A stretch of 62,700 nucleotides of DNA, the filler included. It is 5 parts of 5 records of this genome, joined end to end, with 100 filler letters (N's around TTAATTAATTAA, not from the genome) between each part and the next. Parts side by side here need not be neighbours in the genome. Positions count along the whole stretch, not along the records: positions 1 to 8,352 come from SRR2962707_4271; positions 8,453 to 29,431 come from SRR2962707_4278; 3 more parts are not named here. One strand, written 5' to 3'. Numbering within the stretch: position 1 is the first letter of the stretch; the number at the start of each line of letters is the position of its first letter. This document shows, piece by piece, positions 1 through 11,209 of this stretch. The position numbers and the translations under genes are program-made. The notes under the pieces were generated by a model. The model was given only the letters and a program-made list of their open reading frames with translations, was not told where the DNA came from and ran no database searches.

Positions 1-23
1 GAGTGAGTGAGTGAGTGAGTGAG
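1..23. repeat. (GAGT)n microsatellite at contig end
   Basis: gagtgagtgagtgagtgagtgag read directly. Confidence 0.9.
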
Positions 24-426
24 CAGAAAGTCAGACAGTGGCCTCCACTCTCTCCCCTGTCTCAGTGGCAGTGGTAGTTCGTGATAGTCGGTTAATGAGT
101 GTATTAACTCGGTCATGTTCGTGATAGTTTTATCACGAATGTTGGGCACACGTGACATGATGGATAAGAGAACACATTTTTCCTTTTTCGTAAAAGCTGC
201 CACGCACCACGGTTTGTTTGTTGGTGGACCCCACCCGTTCATTGGATCTACTCGCGGCGCAAAAAGAGTGTTCACAACACCGCGGAAAAAAAGCTACGTT
301 GGAACCAAAACGGTTTGAGGCGCTATTGGAAGGTGCGATCAACGATGAGCGTAATTTAGACAACACAAGTCGTAGGCGTATGGTGAACTGTTGTGTGGAC
401 CAAAACGTGTGCAACGTCACAAGTCG

Positions 427-3400
427 TCACTGTGCCTGGGCCGACGGGTCATCCAGGAAGAGCAGGGCACTCTTGCCCGAGTCCTGAATATCTTGCACGT
501 GAGAGTATGCGCTCATGATCTTGCGGATCACGGCAGCACCGCCGTGAGCATTCACAATCGCGCCAAAGTCGGGGTGAGCCATGGCAATGAAGTCTAGCGT
601 CTTGATCGCGCGCACCATCAGTTTTTCTTGGTGAGCATGACGCCCAATGGACGCCATGATGACGTTGATACCGTCGTGTTGCACAATTTTTTGCACCCCC
701 GTCTCTTGGAACGCCAAGAAACCCAGCACCTTCAACACCTTGTCAAGCATGTCCGCGTTGTCTTGGTTGGCATTGACAACCTGCATCAACGTGTGCATGC
801 CGTGTTCGGCAATGTACGTGCAGATATTTTGGTTCCCAGCAAGTTGACCAAGACATCCAAGGGCCTCCACCATGAACTCATGTTCAGTTAAATGTTTCCT
901 CATCAACCGCAGAACAGTGTCGATTCCACCCGCTTCCATCACCGTCTCGCGATGCTGACGAGCCGATGAAATCACGTGCAAGGCAATCTGTCCGTTGATG
1001 AGCAGATCAATGTTTTGCTCATGGGTGTCCATGGCCGTCAACAGCATTTGCACGCCCTGCATTTCGGTGAAAATCTCCATCGCTTCCTTTGAATAGCAAA
1101 GAGTCGAGATGAGCTCCACCGTTGGCTCGATAATTTCCTCGTCGTAGTCGTAGCGCTGCATTGTATTAACCACGAGTGGCACCAGCCCTTTGTCCAGCAG
1201 TTTCTCAGCCGTGTCCACATCCTGCGCGATGTCATTGAGTGCCTCGATGGCAGTCAAGAGCAACGAGGTGTTCTCCTCGTTATCTGCAGTAACGCAGTCC
1301 AAGATGGCGTGCGCTCCACCGTCGTTGAAGATTACTTGAGTGACCGTGAGATCGTCTTCGCTCTGAAACGCTTCCTTGATGTCTTCCGATGACTTGGCAA
1401 AGTTGCCAATCACCTTGATTGCTGTTTCCTTAGTATCATCGTCATTTTTGTCCGTGTTCATGTGAACGGTGATGATTTTAATGGCATGTTGGGCCGTCAG
1501 CCAAGCAACATTGGAGTCCAACAATGACATGTTCCCGACGGCTCGCAACGACATGCGGAAAAGAGCTTGGTCGGCGTGGTGCTGCTTGATGGCCTTCAGC
1601 ACTTCGGTGCCGCACTGCTCGCGAACAAGTTCCTTGTTCGGGTCGTTAATGTACATCCAGTTCGACAAATTGGTGAGAGCCACCTCCACAATGCGGACTT
1701 TGTGGTGCAAAACATTGAGGCAAGCCTTGATTGCGCCCACGCCGTCGTGCTTGACCGCCAAGTTGGTGTTCTGCTCCGAGTTGAAAGTCAATTTGCTCAG
1801 CATGGTCAAAATCTGTTTGACAAGCGTTGCATGTTTTGTTGGTTTCGCTGCAAGTTCTTGCGTCTGCTTCACTTCTGCTGGAAGCGTCCAAGACGTTTCC
1901 TTCGTCTTCTTGTTGAAGTAGTATGTGCGGCCTTTCGGGTCAACCGCTTCTCGCCAGTCTGTCGTGAGAGGGTGCTGCCACTGAGTCTTTTGCAACGCCT
2001 TGTTGGCGTAAAATACTCGGCCCTTCTTGTCCACATTTTGGGTCCATCCTTCTGGAAGGTCCATTGCTACTTTTTCAGGTTCCAGCTGGGCACGCAGCGC
2101 CAAAATGATGACTTCGACACCACCCACCCGGCCAATGCGCTGCTTGAAAACATCGTGGTGGGCAAATTTCTCGAGCATCGTCAGGAACACGCGGAGGAGA
2201 GCATCGTTGCCAGGGTGCTTCTTGAGCGCCTTGATAATCACTTCGATACCCATGTTTTCTGCAATCTGCCGCAAGTTGGATTCGTTATCTGCAAGGTAGT
2301 TCAAGGTCTCGGCCAAGGAGGCCACAAAGTCGGCGTCATGCGAGTGCTTTTTGAGCGCATCAATGCAAGCCTTGACGATGGAGGGGTCGACTTCTTCGCC
2401 CTTTCCTTGATATGCACGAATGTGCTCTGCCTGACGCTTGAAGTGCTCCACCATGGCCTGGTACTCTTCAGGCTCGTCCCAGGTGCTTTCCTTGGTCTCA
2501 GAGTTTACGTAGTACATGCGTCCATCCTTGTATGGCACGGCAACATGAGTGGCCCCACGTCCGATCACGTCTTCACATTTCTTTAGGTCCATGCTCAGTT
2601 GACCAGCGCCACGAGACACGTCTGGATACAACGGCTGCACCAGATCCAGAAGGGCCGAACCGTCCTCGCGAATGTGTTCATTCTCCGACTGATACCGATC
2701 CACCACATTACCGATCAAAATGTAGGCCGGCTCATCGAAGCCGTTGGATTGCAGACCTTCAGCACCAAGGAGAATCCCGAACTCGTGCAAGGCCGTAAGC
2801 GCTTGCGCTACAATCAGTGGATGATCCTCATGCTTGGCCACCTTCGCCAAAAGGGCGCGCACAGTATCGTGCTCAACAAGGGTAGTTACACTGGAACTTT
2901 CGCCGTCTACTGCAAGCGCCTGGAATGTTTCCATGGCAAGCATGGACAGTTCTTCGTCATCTTCCTCGCCCACAAGCTGCGTAAGCATGTGTGCAGTCTT
3001 GCCAGACCGCAAAAGCATGGCCTTGAACTTGGGGTTGTTCGAGACCAAGTTCACCAACGAGTTCATGGCAATCGCAACTGTGTGATCGTCTTTGTGCAAA
3101 TCCGCCACGGCCCCAGTTCGTTCAAAAACATTTTGCAAGATATTCATCTGCAAGTCTGTGAGTGAAGTTGCATCGTGCAGGGCGAGACTTGCAATGAAGT
3201 CCACGATCTGGTTCTGCAGCTTTCTTGCTCGCTGCGCATCTACCTCCGACACGAAGCCCACAGGAGGTGACCACACGCTCTTTCCCGCTGCATCTACGTA
3301 ATAGTCCTTGCCCTCTTTCGTTTGAAGGTGTTTCCAGCCCTCTGGGCATCGAGCATGCACCGGTAGGTCCATGAGCTTTGCCAACAGCTCATCACCGTCA

Positions 3401-6304
3401 CCCTTGGCACGCCCCTTGATGAATTGGATGGCTCCAACCATGCCTTGGGGATCCGTAGCACCGAGCACTCCAGCAGCGTTAAGCAGGGTGGCCTCGAAGC
3501 CTTCGGCCAGAAGCGCGTCGAAGTTGTCGAACATTTGCCCGACAAGGCGCTGCAAAACACCTCGTACTTGTTCTGCTGCTTTAAGGTTGCCTCCACTTAC
3601 AGCGAGTGTGTGGGCTTTCTCCAGATGCCGGAGGGCTCCGGCTTGCAGCAGACCCATGACAAGCTCTGGGTCCCGGGCATCCAGCAACAAGTGCAAGGCG
3701 CCGAGCCCCGCTGAATGTAGCGGTGAAAGGTCGTAGCCCTTGTCACCCGACTTCACGGCCGTCGCAGCTGCGACAATGCTGGGGACGCAGTGACTGACAG
3801 ACAAGCCAACGTCAAGCTCAGCCAATTTTCCAATTATTTGCATAGCAGTGGCTTTGATGTTTTCTGCATCCGAAGAGTCGTGAGTGTGCATCACGTTAAG
3901 AATTTCAACAGCCATGTCCAACAATTCTTTGCCGGTAGCCTGTGTAACTGCGCCATCGACGTACACGAGGGACATGAGGCTCGACAACTCCGCTTTGGTG
4001 GCAGCAAACACTTTGGCACCAGTCTGTCCATCCTTGACTTGCTTCACCAACGTTTTCACCTTCTCGATGGCCCGACGCAACAAGTCTTGCGGTGTGAGGA
4101 GCTCGCCAAGAATATTAGCTCCTAAAGTCATCAGTGCTGCGCTGTCCGGATTCGCACCCATGAGTGACATGATGAACTCGTCCGCCTTTGCATCGCAAAG
4201 CATGTCTCTGTGCTGACCATCGCCATGGGCGGCAACCTGCTCCAATAGCTCCAGCATTGCCTGTGGGGCAAGCCTGCCCGTTTTGCAGCCCGGGTGCTTG
4301 TTGAGCAACGAGACCAGCCCTGCGATGTAACCACGGTCGACCAAAGCCGCACAGACAGCTGGATTGGTTGACGCCTGCGAAAAGAGCCGAATCGCAGCTG
4401 CCAGCAGGGTGTCATTGCCAGCTGTTGCTGCCGCTACAGTGCTATCTGAGACCAGCTCAAACAACCCACTGTCCAACAGGCGGCGTGCACTTGCTTCCGA
4501 GCGAGACAATTTCGCTACCAGTTCGAGCGCTGATGCGACGGCTGCATTTTGGGCATCACCCAACCCTTCCCCGCCCGAGCTGTCGTCAAGATTGTACTGC
4601 AGCCACTCCGACGCGATGTCTAATGCCCGAGTGGCAGACACCGCGGCTTGGCCACTTGCATCGTCGCACAATGCTGAAAGCATGTCAAACCCGGCACCAA
4701 CAGTGGAGGCGTCTTCGTCTGTACCTTGAATGCGCGTCAACACGCACTGCAGAGTGGAAGCCGTTGGGTGTGGCACATTGCGCACTTCGCCTGTCGAGAC
4801 ATTGCGCCACACCTTGCGGTCACCCTCAGTTGCCTCGCTCCAATCACTGTTGTCAGAGATGATGGCGGGGATGTTGTTGGCATCGCGAGCCAAGCGCTGA
4901 ACGCAAATAAGTGTCGCCGATGAGCCAGTCCCAGCTTGCAAGTGGTGCAAGATAATGGGCACTGCGTCCGCATACGCACTAGCGGGAACAGTGTTGCCGA
5001 GTTGGCCCAAAGCGTCCAAAACGGTTTCAATGCAAGCCTCTTGGTGATCTGATGGCGGGAGAGCCGACACTGCAATAAGCGAGCGCACCAACGCTGCTGC
5101 ACCACCCTCCCGAACTACAATAGCTCCGTACTCACCAATCCTCACCATGTAACCGATGGCACCAGCCAGGCGGGACAAGTTACCCAGGTCGTTGGGGGTC
5201 ATCTGCTCACCGATCACATTGCTCAAGGACACCAACTGTGCCACCAGTTTCTTCACCATCTCTTCGTCGAACAGCTTGCCAAGCAAATTGAGGCACGACT
5301 GGGCGATTTGCGTATTAGAGCCGCCTTTGGCACGAAGGCAGGCGACTACAGAAGTGCTGCCATCCTGCCTGTTGATGATCGTGCGACCGCTCTCGTCGCG
5401 GCAAACAAGCTCGAGCACTTTCAGTGACAAAAGTAGCACATCATCCACATCGGACGAGTACAACTCAGCACCATCGACGAGATTCAGTAACTGCCGAGAC
5501 CCCCCACGTTGTGCGACAGCTTTAGAACCGGCGTCGTCAGAGGCAAGCTCCATCAGGCCGCGGCAGCTTTCGTCGAGGAGCCGAAGTTTGTTGGCGACGT
5601 TCTTCGCGCTCCCAGCGTCGTCGCCGGGGCTATTGTCACGCAATGCTGCGGCGAACGCCTCCACGATGTTTAGTCCGACAAGCTCAGCCTGGCGACCCTT
5701 AATGCGAGTCAGGGTTCGCAAAAATTGGACTCCGTAGCGAGTTTGCGTTGCGTTTTTGGAGTTCTTCTGAATTTCAGCCAACTCTCGGCCGATGCCATTG
5801 ATTTTCATGTTGAGGGTGTCGAACAATGCCCCGTCGTTGCGGTAGCGAGTGCAGAGCTCGTTCAGCAGGCGGTACACCCCAGAGACAATGCCGCCCTTCT
5901 TGGGTAGCTTTTTCTCCTTGGTCACGGCCACAAACAGCTTGTGCGCGATTTGGTGGCCGTTCTGTGCAACAATGAAGTCCGTGTTGCAAGTGGCGTACGC
6001 TTGCAATGTCATGAGAAGTTTGATGCAGTTTGCCGACTGGACGGCGCCCTTTTTCTCCATGAGCGTCTGTGTGGCCTTTTGCAGGTTGGCGAGCGCCTTC
6101 GAGATCATATCCTCCGTCACCAGGGAGCGCAGCACCTGCGCCCCCGTGCTCTGGATGACCTCGTTTTCGGCATTTGCGCACATCGAATCTACGATGAAAG
6201 CCGCCGCACCCTTGGCAGTCAGTTGCGGGATATTTGCAGGGTCTTGCGAAAGCGTGGAAAGCAGCGACAAGGCAGCTTGCACGATGTCTGGGCGCTCTGG
6301 GTAC
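427..6304 (-). CDS. Exon 2 of a giant armadillo-repeat protein with WW domains (GAC-like; ~2455 aa when spliced)
   Basis: Long uninterrupted ORF ending in TGA at 427-429. Recurring ARM-type helical repeats (GGVEVIILAL, GGIDTVLRLMRKH) and WW motifs (LPEGWTQNVDKKGRVFYANKALQKTQWQHP; DWREAVDPKGRTYYFNKKTKETSWTLP). Joins exon 1 in frame after the AG acceptor at 6306-6305. Confidence 0.85.
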
Positions 6305-6412
6305 CTGCCGTTTTGAAGTGCATTTTGACGGGACTTAGGGGAACGAGGCGGGCAAACACGGCACGAAACGCACCAATCTCAAATATTCCCAACAAGCACA
6401 TCAGACACGTAC
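6305..6412 (-). other. Spliceosomal GT-AG intron, 108 nt
   Basis: Minus strand reads CAAAA|GTACGT...CCCTAAG...ACGGCAG|GTAC. Removing it deletes the only in-frame stop (TGA 6381-6379) and gives ...ENLQK-YPERPDIVQAAL... Confidence 0.85.
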
Positions 6413-7902
6413 TTTTGCAAGTTCTCGAGTGCAATGTCAACACCACCATGCTCAGCGACAATGGCAGCGTTTTCCGTGCTTGTGTCAGCCATTGCACTTA
6501 GCAAAGCCATCGCCATGCCAAGGACTTGGGTGTCGCCGGGATGGGCCCGGATGCAGTTCAGCGCGGCGTCGATACCTCCCTGTTTCACCAGGTCCGGCAC
6601 ACTGTAGTCCAAGTCTACAAGGCGCGTGCAGAAGCGCATTCCATGCAGCGCGACTGCTTTGTCAGCAGCCAGTGACTTGACTGCAGCGACAGCTGCGGCC
6701 ACGCCACCCTGAGCGATCAGACTGTCCAAATTGGCATGGTTGGTCAATAAAACGGACAATGCCTCAAGCGAAGCCGCCACCAACTGCGCGTCACTTCCAT
6801 GCGCCTTGAGGGCGTCCACAAGCGCCTCCACGCCTCCTGCATCCACGATTTCGGCCACAGTGGCATCGTTAATAGCCATTCGTGCAAGCAGAGCAGCGGC
6901 AGAGGCCTTGAGATCCACCGAGGAGTCTGCACCAACCAGCGCATCCATTGCGAGCTTAACCCCGCCAGTTGCAGCAATGTGCGCCGCCTTTTGGCGTTCA
7001 ATGGCAAGGTTAGAAATCAGGCTGAACCCATGAGCGCGCTCGGCCGGTGTGATCCCAGGTTTGCTCAGGCCCTGGAGAATATCCTCAAATGTAGCGGCTG
7101 TCAGGCGGCTGAGCAATCTCCCGCCGACGGCAGTCACAGCTTCGTTGTTTTGGCGCGAGTCTAACACTGCGACCACGCCATTGATAGCAGCGTCAACATC
7201 GAGTTGCTCCAAATTTTCGGTCTGGAGGCAGACGCGGTTGATGCAGCGAAGGCCACTCAGCACGCTGTCATCCGTGGCGCCGACGAACGTAAAAGAATCG
7301 AGCAGGCATTGTGGTCCACCGCAATTGAGGAACGCTTCGCGGCCGGCTGGCGTTTTGCAGATGAGTTCCACGGCACGGTTGCAGGCACCTTGCACGTGGG
7401 GGGAGTCCTGAAATTGTGCGGCGCACTTGAGGATGGCCCGAATGTGGTCTTCGTCGGCCATAGACTGGGCGTTGCGCTCAGCCGCGCTCAGCAGCAGAGA
7501 TGCAGCGTTCTCCACGCTTTCGGGCCTCAAATCAGCCATGTTTTGCATAGACTCGACGATGCCGAGCACGGCCCCGCTTTCAACCAACATCTTAGTGTAG
7601 CGCTTGCCATTGCGATAGTTCTTGGGCACCCGCGCAAGGATCTTCGAGCAGTACCCAAACACGTCCTCATCATGAGGGTACAACTTCAAAATGTCGGAAA
7701 GCTGCTCGATGCCACCGTTCGCAACGAGGTCGTCCACATTGGCATTCCAGTCGTTGTTCACAGGGTCGATGCTCTTGCACAGGGTGTCGAGCGCGAAGGA
7801 GCACATCTGCTTGAACTTCTTGTGTTTCTTGAGCGCCGACAGCAGCGTGTGGATTCCATCGCCGCCCCCGCTGCTCTTGGAACGCTTCGGTCCCTTGGGC
7901 AT
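6413..7902 (-). CDS. Exon 1 of the giant armadillo-repeat protein
   Basis: ATG at 7902 (MPKGPKRSK). ARM repeats (GGVEALVDALKAHGSDAQLVAASLEAL). Same frame as exon 2. Confidence 0.85.
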
Positions 7903-7982
7903 GATGCTGCCAGTGGTAGCCTACTGTCTGCACCAACCGGCAGGGGTCACGCGTCACCCAGCGACGAATATCAATCACACGG

Positions 7983-8352
7983 GCTCTCTCTCTCTCTGTC
8001 TCTGGCTCTCTGTCTGGCTCTCTCGTTCTCGCTCTCTGCGCGTGCGACAAAACGAGCTGGTCGTGTCGTTTCTGGTTGGGTTGCGCTGGGTTGGGGTGGG
8101 TTGGGTTGCAGCCCCTGGAACAAGATATTCGAGCCACAGTTTTTGCTCTCGTAAAATATCTCGGGCAATGGTTCACTCCGCGGGCGTATCTTTTTCTCCT
8201 CGTGCCACAAGCACGAACAAACAGAGAGACCCATAGAGAGAAAGAGCGAGGGGGAGAGACAGGAGAGGGAGGGAGAGGAAAGGGAGAGGGGGAGAGAGAG
8301 AGCGAGAGCGAGAGAGAGCGCGCGAGACACACACACACACACACACACACAC
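7983..8352. repeat. CT/GA and (AC)n microsatellite-rich upstream region
   Basis: ctctctctct tract near 7984-8040, gagagaga tracts at 8223-8325, (ac)n running to the contig end; typical of eukaryotic non-coding DNA. Confidence 0.85.
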
Positions 8353-8452
8353 NNNNNNNNNNNNNNNNNNNNNNNNNNNNNNNNNNNNNNNNNNNNTTAA
8401 TTAATTAANNNNNNNNNNNNNNNNNNNNNNNNNNNNNNNNNNNNNNNNNNNN
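8353..8452. other. Artificial contig linker (N-run with TTAATTAATTAA)
   Basis: 100-nt N spacer with a stop-codon-rich palindromic core, repeated four times in the window. Confidence 0.98.
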
Positions 8453-8491
8453 GTGTCATCCCGGCTTTCGCCGGGATGACACTTTTATTTT
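8453..8491. repeat. REP-like hairpin / possible terminator
   Basis: gtgtcatcccggc-tttc-gccgggatgacac is a perfect 13-bp stem followed by ttttatttt. Confidence 0.6.
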
Positions 8492-8533
8492 GGCAGATGT
8501 CAGGAAAAGCCCGCACGTGGTGGGCGTTGCGCG

Positions 8534-9028
8534 TCAGCTTCGGCGCGCGTCCAGCGAGCGGCGGGGGGAGGGGCCTCGGTAGCCGGGTTTTTCCACGAAG
8601 TGGATCGGCTTCGAGACGGCGGCGACGATGGCTTCGTAGAGCACGTCCGCCGAGAGCGGTTTTTCGAGGTAGTCGGTGACGCCGTGGTCGCGGGCCTGGC
8701 TGATCTTGTCGCGGCCGATATGGCCGGAAATCATGAGGATCGGCACGTCCGGGTTCGCGTCTTCGGCGTCTCCCGTGGCGCGGATTGCGCGCGTCATCTC
8801 GTAGCCGTCCATCGGGACCATGGCGCCGTCGGTGATGATGATGTCGGGCTTGTGCGCGGCGAAGGCGGCGAGCCCGCTTGCGCCGTCGCGCGTTTCGACG
8901 ATATCGGTGACGCCCATGGTTTCGAGCAGTGCGGACAGCAGACGGCGCATCTCCTCGCTGTCTTCAACGATGAGGACCTTGAGCCGCCGGAAGAAATCCG
9001 GGTCTGCAATGGTCGGTGTCCGGATCAT
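8534..9028 (-). CDS. CheY-like receiver protein with C-terminal YRGP motif (Cle-like)
   Basis: KVLIVEDSEEMR, DIIITDGAM, YLEKP receiver motifs; tail FVEKPGYRGPSPRR. The ATG at 9028 overlaps the Hpt stop (ATGA). Confidence 0.85.
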   Translation of the reverse strand: MIRTPTIADPDFFRRLKVLIVEDSEEMRRLLSALLETMGVTDIVETRDGASGLAAFAAHKPDIIITDGAMVPMDGYEMTRAIRATGDAEDANPDVPILMISGHIGRDKISQARDHGVTDYLEKPLSADVLYEAIVAAVSKPIHFVEKPGYRGPSPRRSLDARRS

Positions 9029-9573
9029 CCGAGCTGTCTCCGGTCGCGGCGGTGGGCCGCGATGAGGCGCTCCAGCGCTTCGAGCGTTTCCATGGTGACG
9101 GCGGTGTCGGTGCGCGGATTTTCGATGGCATCGCGGATCGCATCGACATGGAAGAGGATGACGGTGCCGTCCTTCCAATCTTCCGCGGTGCATTTTTCGA
9201 TGTAGCCGCACAGCGAATCCGCGAAACGGCCGATCATCGGATGGCCGAAGGTGCCCGCGAGACCGCGCATGTCGTGCGAGAGGGAATAGAGGCGGCAGCG
9301 CGCCTCCGCGTCGCCCTTGCAGGCAGGCTCGACGAGAATCTGAAGCATGGCGACTTGCGATTTCAGCGCGTCGGCATATTTCGTTTCAAGGCCGCGGATC
9401 GTTTCCTGCATCTGGTCGAGCACGCGCGGGTCGAGGCGCATCGGCGCCACGTAGTCGGAGCCGAGCTTGCGTTCGGCGATGGAGGGGACGCGAATGAAGC
9501 GGACATCGGGCGGCGTGTCGTTGCCGCTGCCGTCTTTTCCGCCGAGCTTCGAAGGTGTTCTGCGTTCGGGCAT
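9025..9573 (-). CDS. Hpt (histidine phosphotransfer) domain protein
   Basis: LSHDMRGLAGTFGHPMI fits the Hpt HxLxGxAGxFG motif. Confidence 0.8.
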   Translation of the reverse strand: MPERRTPSKLGGKDGSGNDTPPDVRFIRVPSIAERKLGSDYVAPMRLDPRVLDQMQETIRGLETKYADALKSQVAMLQILVEPACKGDAEARCRLYSLSHDMRGLAGTFGHPMIGRFADSLCGYIEKCTAEDWKDGTVILFHVDAIRDAIENPRTDTAVTMETLEALERLIAAHRRDRRQLG

Positions 9574-9584
9574 CCGTCCGCTCC

Positions 9585-10082
9585 TCAGATCAGCGCCACG
9601 CCGCCACGGCGGTCTTCGCCGTCGAAGGACGTGCTGCGCCGGCGGCGGTCGGGTCCGCGATAGGTGGGCGTTTCGACGAACTGGCGCGGCCGGTCGAGCA
9701 CCTGGATGAGGCGCTCATAGAGGCTGCGAGCCGAGATCGGTTTCGACAGAAATTCGGTGACGCCGATATCGCGGGCGCGTTCGACGGAGGCGAGATCGGT
9801 GTGGCCGGAGACCATGATGATCGGCACCATGCCGAGGGCGCGGCCGCGCAAGCTGCGCAGGCGTTTGGCGAACATGAAGCCGTCGCCCGGCACCATCGCC
9901 GCATCGGTCAGCACGATGTCGGGTTCGCAGCTGTTGAGCAGTTCCCAGGCTTCCTCTCCGTTCACCGCGAGATAGACCTTCGTGACGCCGAGCGCCTGCA
10001 GAAGCGTCATCAGCAGATGACGCATGTATGCGCTGTCGTCCACGACGAGAACGGTGATCTTTCCGAATATGGATTTACTCAT
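9585..10082 (-). CDS. CheY-like receiver protein with Arg-rich YRGPDRR tail (Cle-like)
   Basis: VLVVDDSAYMR, DIVLTDAAM, FLSKP; tail FVETPTYRGPDRRRR. Confidence 0.88.
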   Translation of the reverse strand: MSKSIFGKITVLVVDDSAYMRHLLMTLLQALGVTKVYLAVNGEEAWELLNSCEPDIVLTDAAMVPGDGFMFAKRLRSLRGRALGMVPIIMVSGHTDLASVERARDIGVTEFLSKPISARSLYERLIQVLDRPRQFVETPTYRGPDRRRRSTSFDGEDRRGGVALI

Positions 10083-10271
10083 GCCCCAACCCCCAAACCG
10101 CTGAAGCGCGACTTACAACCCCCGCCGCGCCTTCCTCATGCGTGCGTCAACCTTAATGGGGAGGTCTTAAGAAAAAGGAACCGGGTTCTACCGGATTATC
10201 CGCAGGCATCCGGCGGATAATCCGGGCGCAGAATGTTGAGGGATGGTTAAGAGGCGGCGCTTTGCCGCCGC

Positions 10272-11150
10272 TCACGCCCGCGCGGAGACGAGCCAGACGG
10301 CGCCGCCGAGGCGGACTTCGTTTTCCGTCTCGTGCTTCACGAGCGCCTCGCGGACGGCGTCCGTCACGCGGGCTTTCGTCTCGTCGGGCAGGCCCTTCAG
10401 CGCGCGCGAAAGAGGGCCGATCGCGAGCGTCTGTTCGAGGGCGAGCGGGACCGCATCCGCGCCTTGCCCAAGCGCCAGCGAGGCGTCGAAGGGGTCGATT
10501 GAAATGTCCTTGTAGCCGGCTTCCTTGAGGATGCCGCGGAAGCGCTCCGGGTCGGCGAAGGCGAAGGGGCCGGGAGCGCCGGGAACGGGCTTTTCCTGCT
10601 CCGGCAGATGCGGCAGGGCGGCGAAATAGGGGACCGAGACCCAGCCGTTTTCCTTCATCGGCCGCCAGCAGACAAAGGCGACGCGGCCGGACGGCGAGAG
10701 CGCCTTTTTCATGTGGGCGAAAGCGGCGGCGGGCTCGACGAAGAACATGATGCCGAAGCGGGAGACGAGGAGATCGAAAGCGTCCGCGCCGAAATCATGC
10801 GCGGCGGCGTCGGCCAGCATGAATTCGGCGGTGCTGCCGAGCTCCGCCGCGCGGGCTTTCGCGCGCGCGATCATGGGCGCGGAAATGTCGACGCCGAGGG
10901 TGTGGCCGGAGGCGCCGGTTTTCGCCGCCGCATCGAAACTCGTCGCGCCGCAGCCGCAGCCGATATCCATGATGCGGGTGCCGGGCTTTATATCCGCGAG
11001 GCCGAGGACCGCGTCGGAGAAGGGCTGGAGCATGGCGTCCAGCCGGTCCTGATAGCGCGCCCAGCGTTCGCCGACATCGCTGTTCCAGTAGTCGATCTGG
11101 TCGGCGTTCGGGCCGGTGGCGGCGAGGGTGGCCGGGGGCGTCGTGTTCAT
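10272..11150 (-). CDS. Class I SAM-dependent methyltransferase
   Basis: IMDIGCGCG motif I, GVDISAPM, FDLLVSRFGIMFF; GGAG RBS before the ATG at 11150. Confidence 0.9.
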   Translation of the reverse strand: MNTTPPATLAATGPNADQIDYWNSDVGERWARYQDRLDAMLQPFSDAVLGLADIKPGTRIMDIGCGCGATSFDAAAKTGASGHTLGVDISAPMIARAKARAAELGSTAEFMLADAAAHDFGADAFDLLVSRFGIMFFVEPAAAFAHMKKALSPSGRVAFVCWRPMKENGWVSVPYFAALPHLPEQEKPVPGAPGPFAFADPERFRGILKEAGYKDISIDPFDASLALGQGADAVPLALEQTLAIGPLSRALKGLPDETKARVTDAVREALVKHETENEVRLGGAVWLVSARA

Positions 11151-11209
11151 GGGGCACTCCTGTAGGCGGGTGCCTCTGTTTAGCATGAAACGGGCGGGGT
11201 GCGGCGGGA

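Noticed and set aside
115-420. Short ORFs downstream of the ARM gene, possibly a PH-domain exon
   Set aside because: No PH-like or other motif recognised and no strong splice donor before the stop; probably 3' UTR or intergenic, though a distant exon beyond the contig end cannot be excluded.
6379-6381. Pseudogene, selenocysteine or stop read-through explanation for the in-frame TGA
   Set aside because: Canonical GT..AG sites and a branch-like CTAAG bracket it, and splicing restores a regular ARM repeat.
1-8352. Eukaryote-to-bacterium gene transfer
   Set aside because: The eukaryotic gene is on its own contig, separated from the bacterial DNA by an artificial linker.
8397-8408. TTAATTAATTAA palindrome as a biological site
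   Set aside because: Embedded in N-runs and repeated identically at every contig join; an assembly linker.
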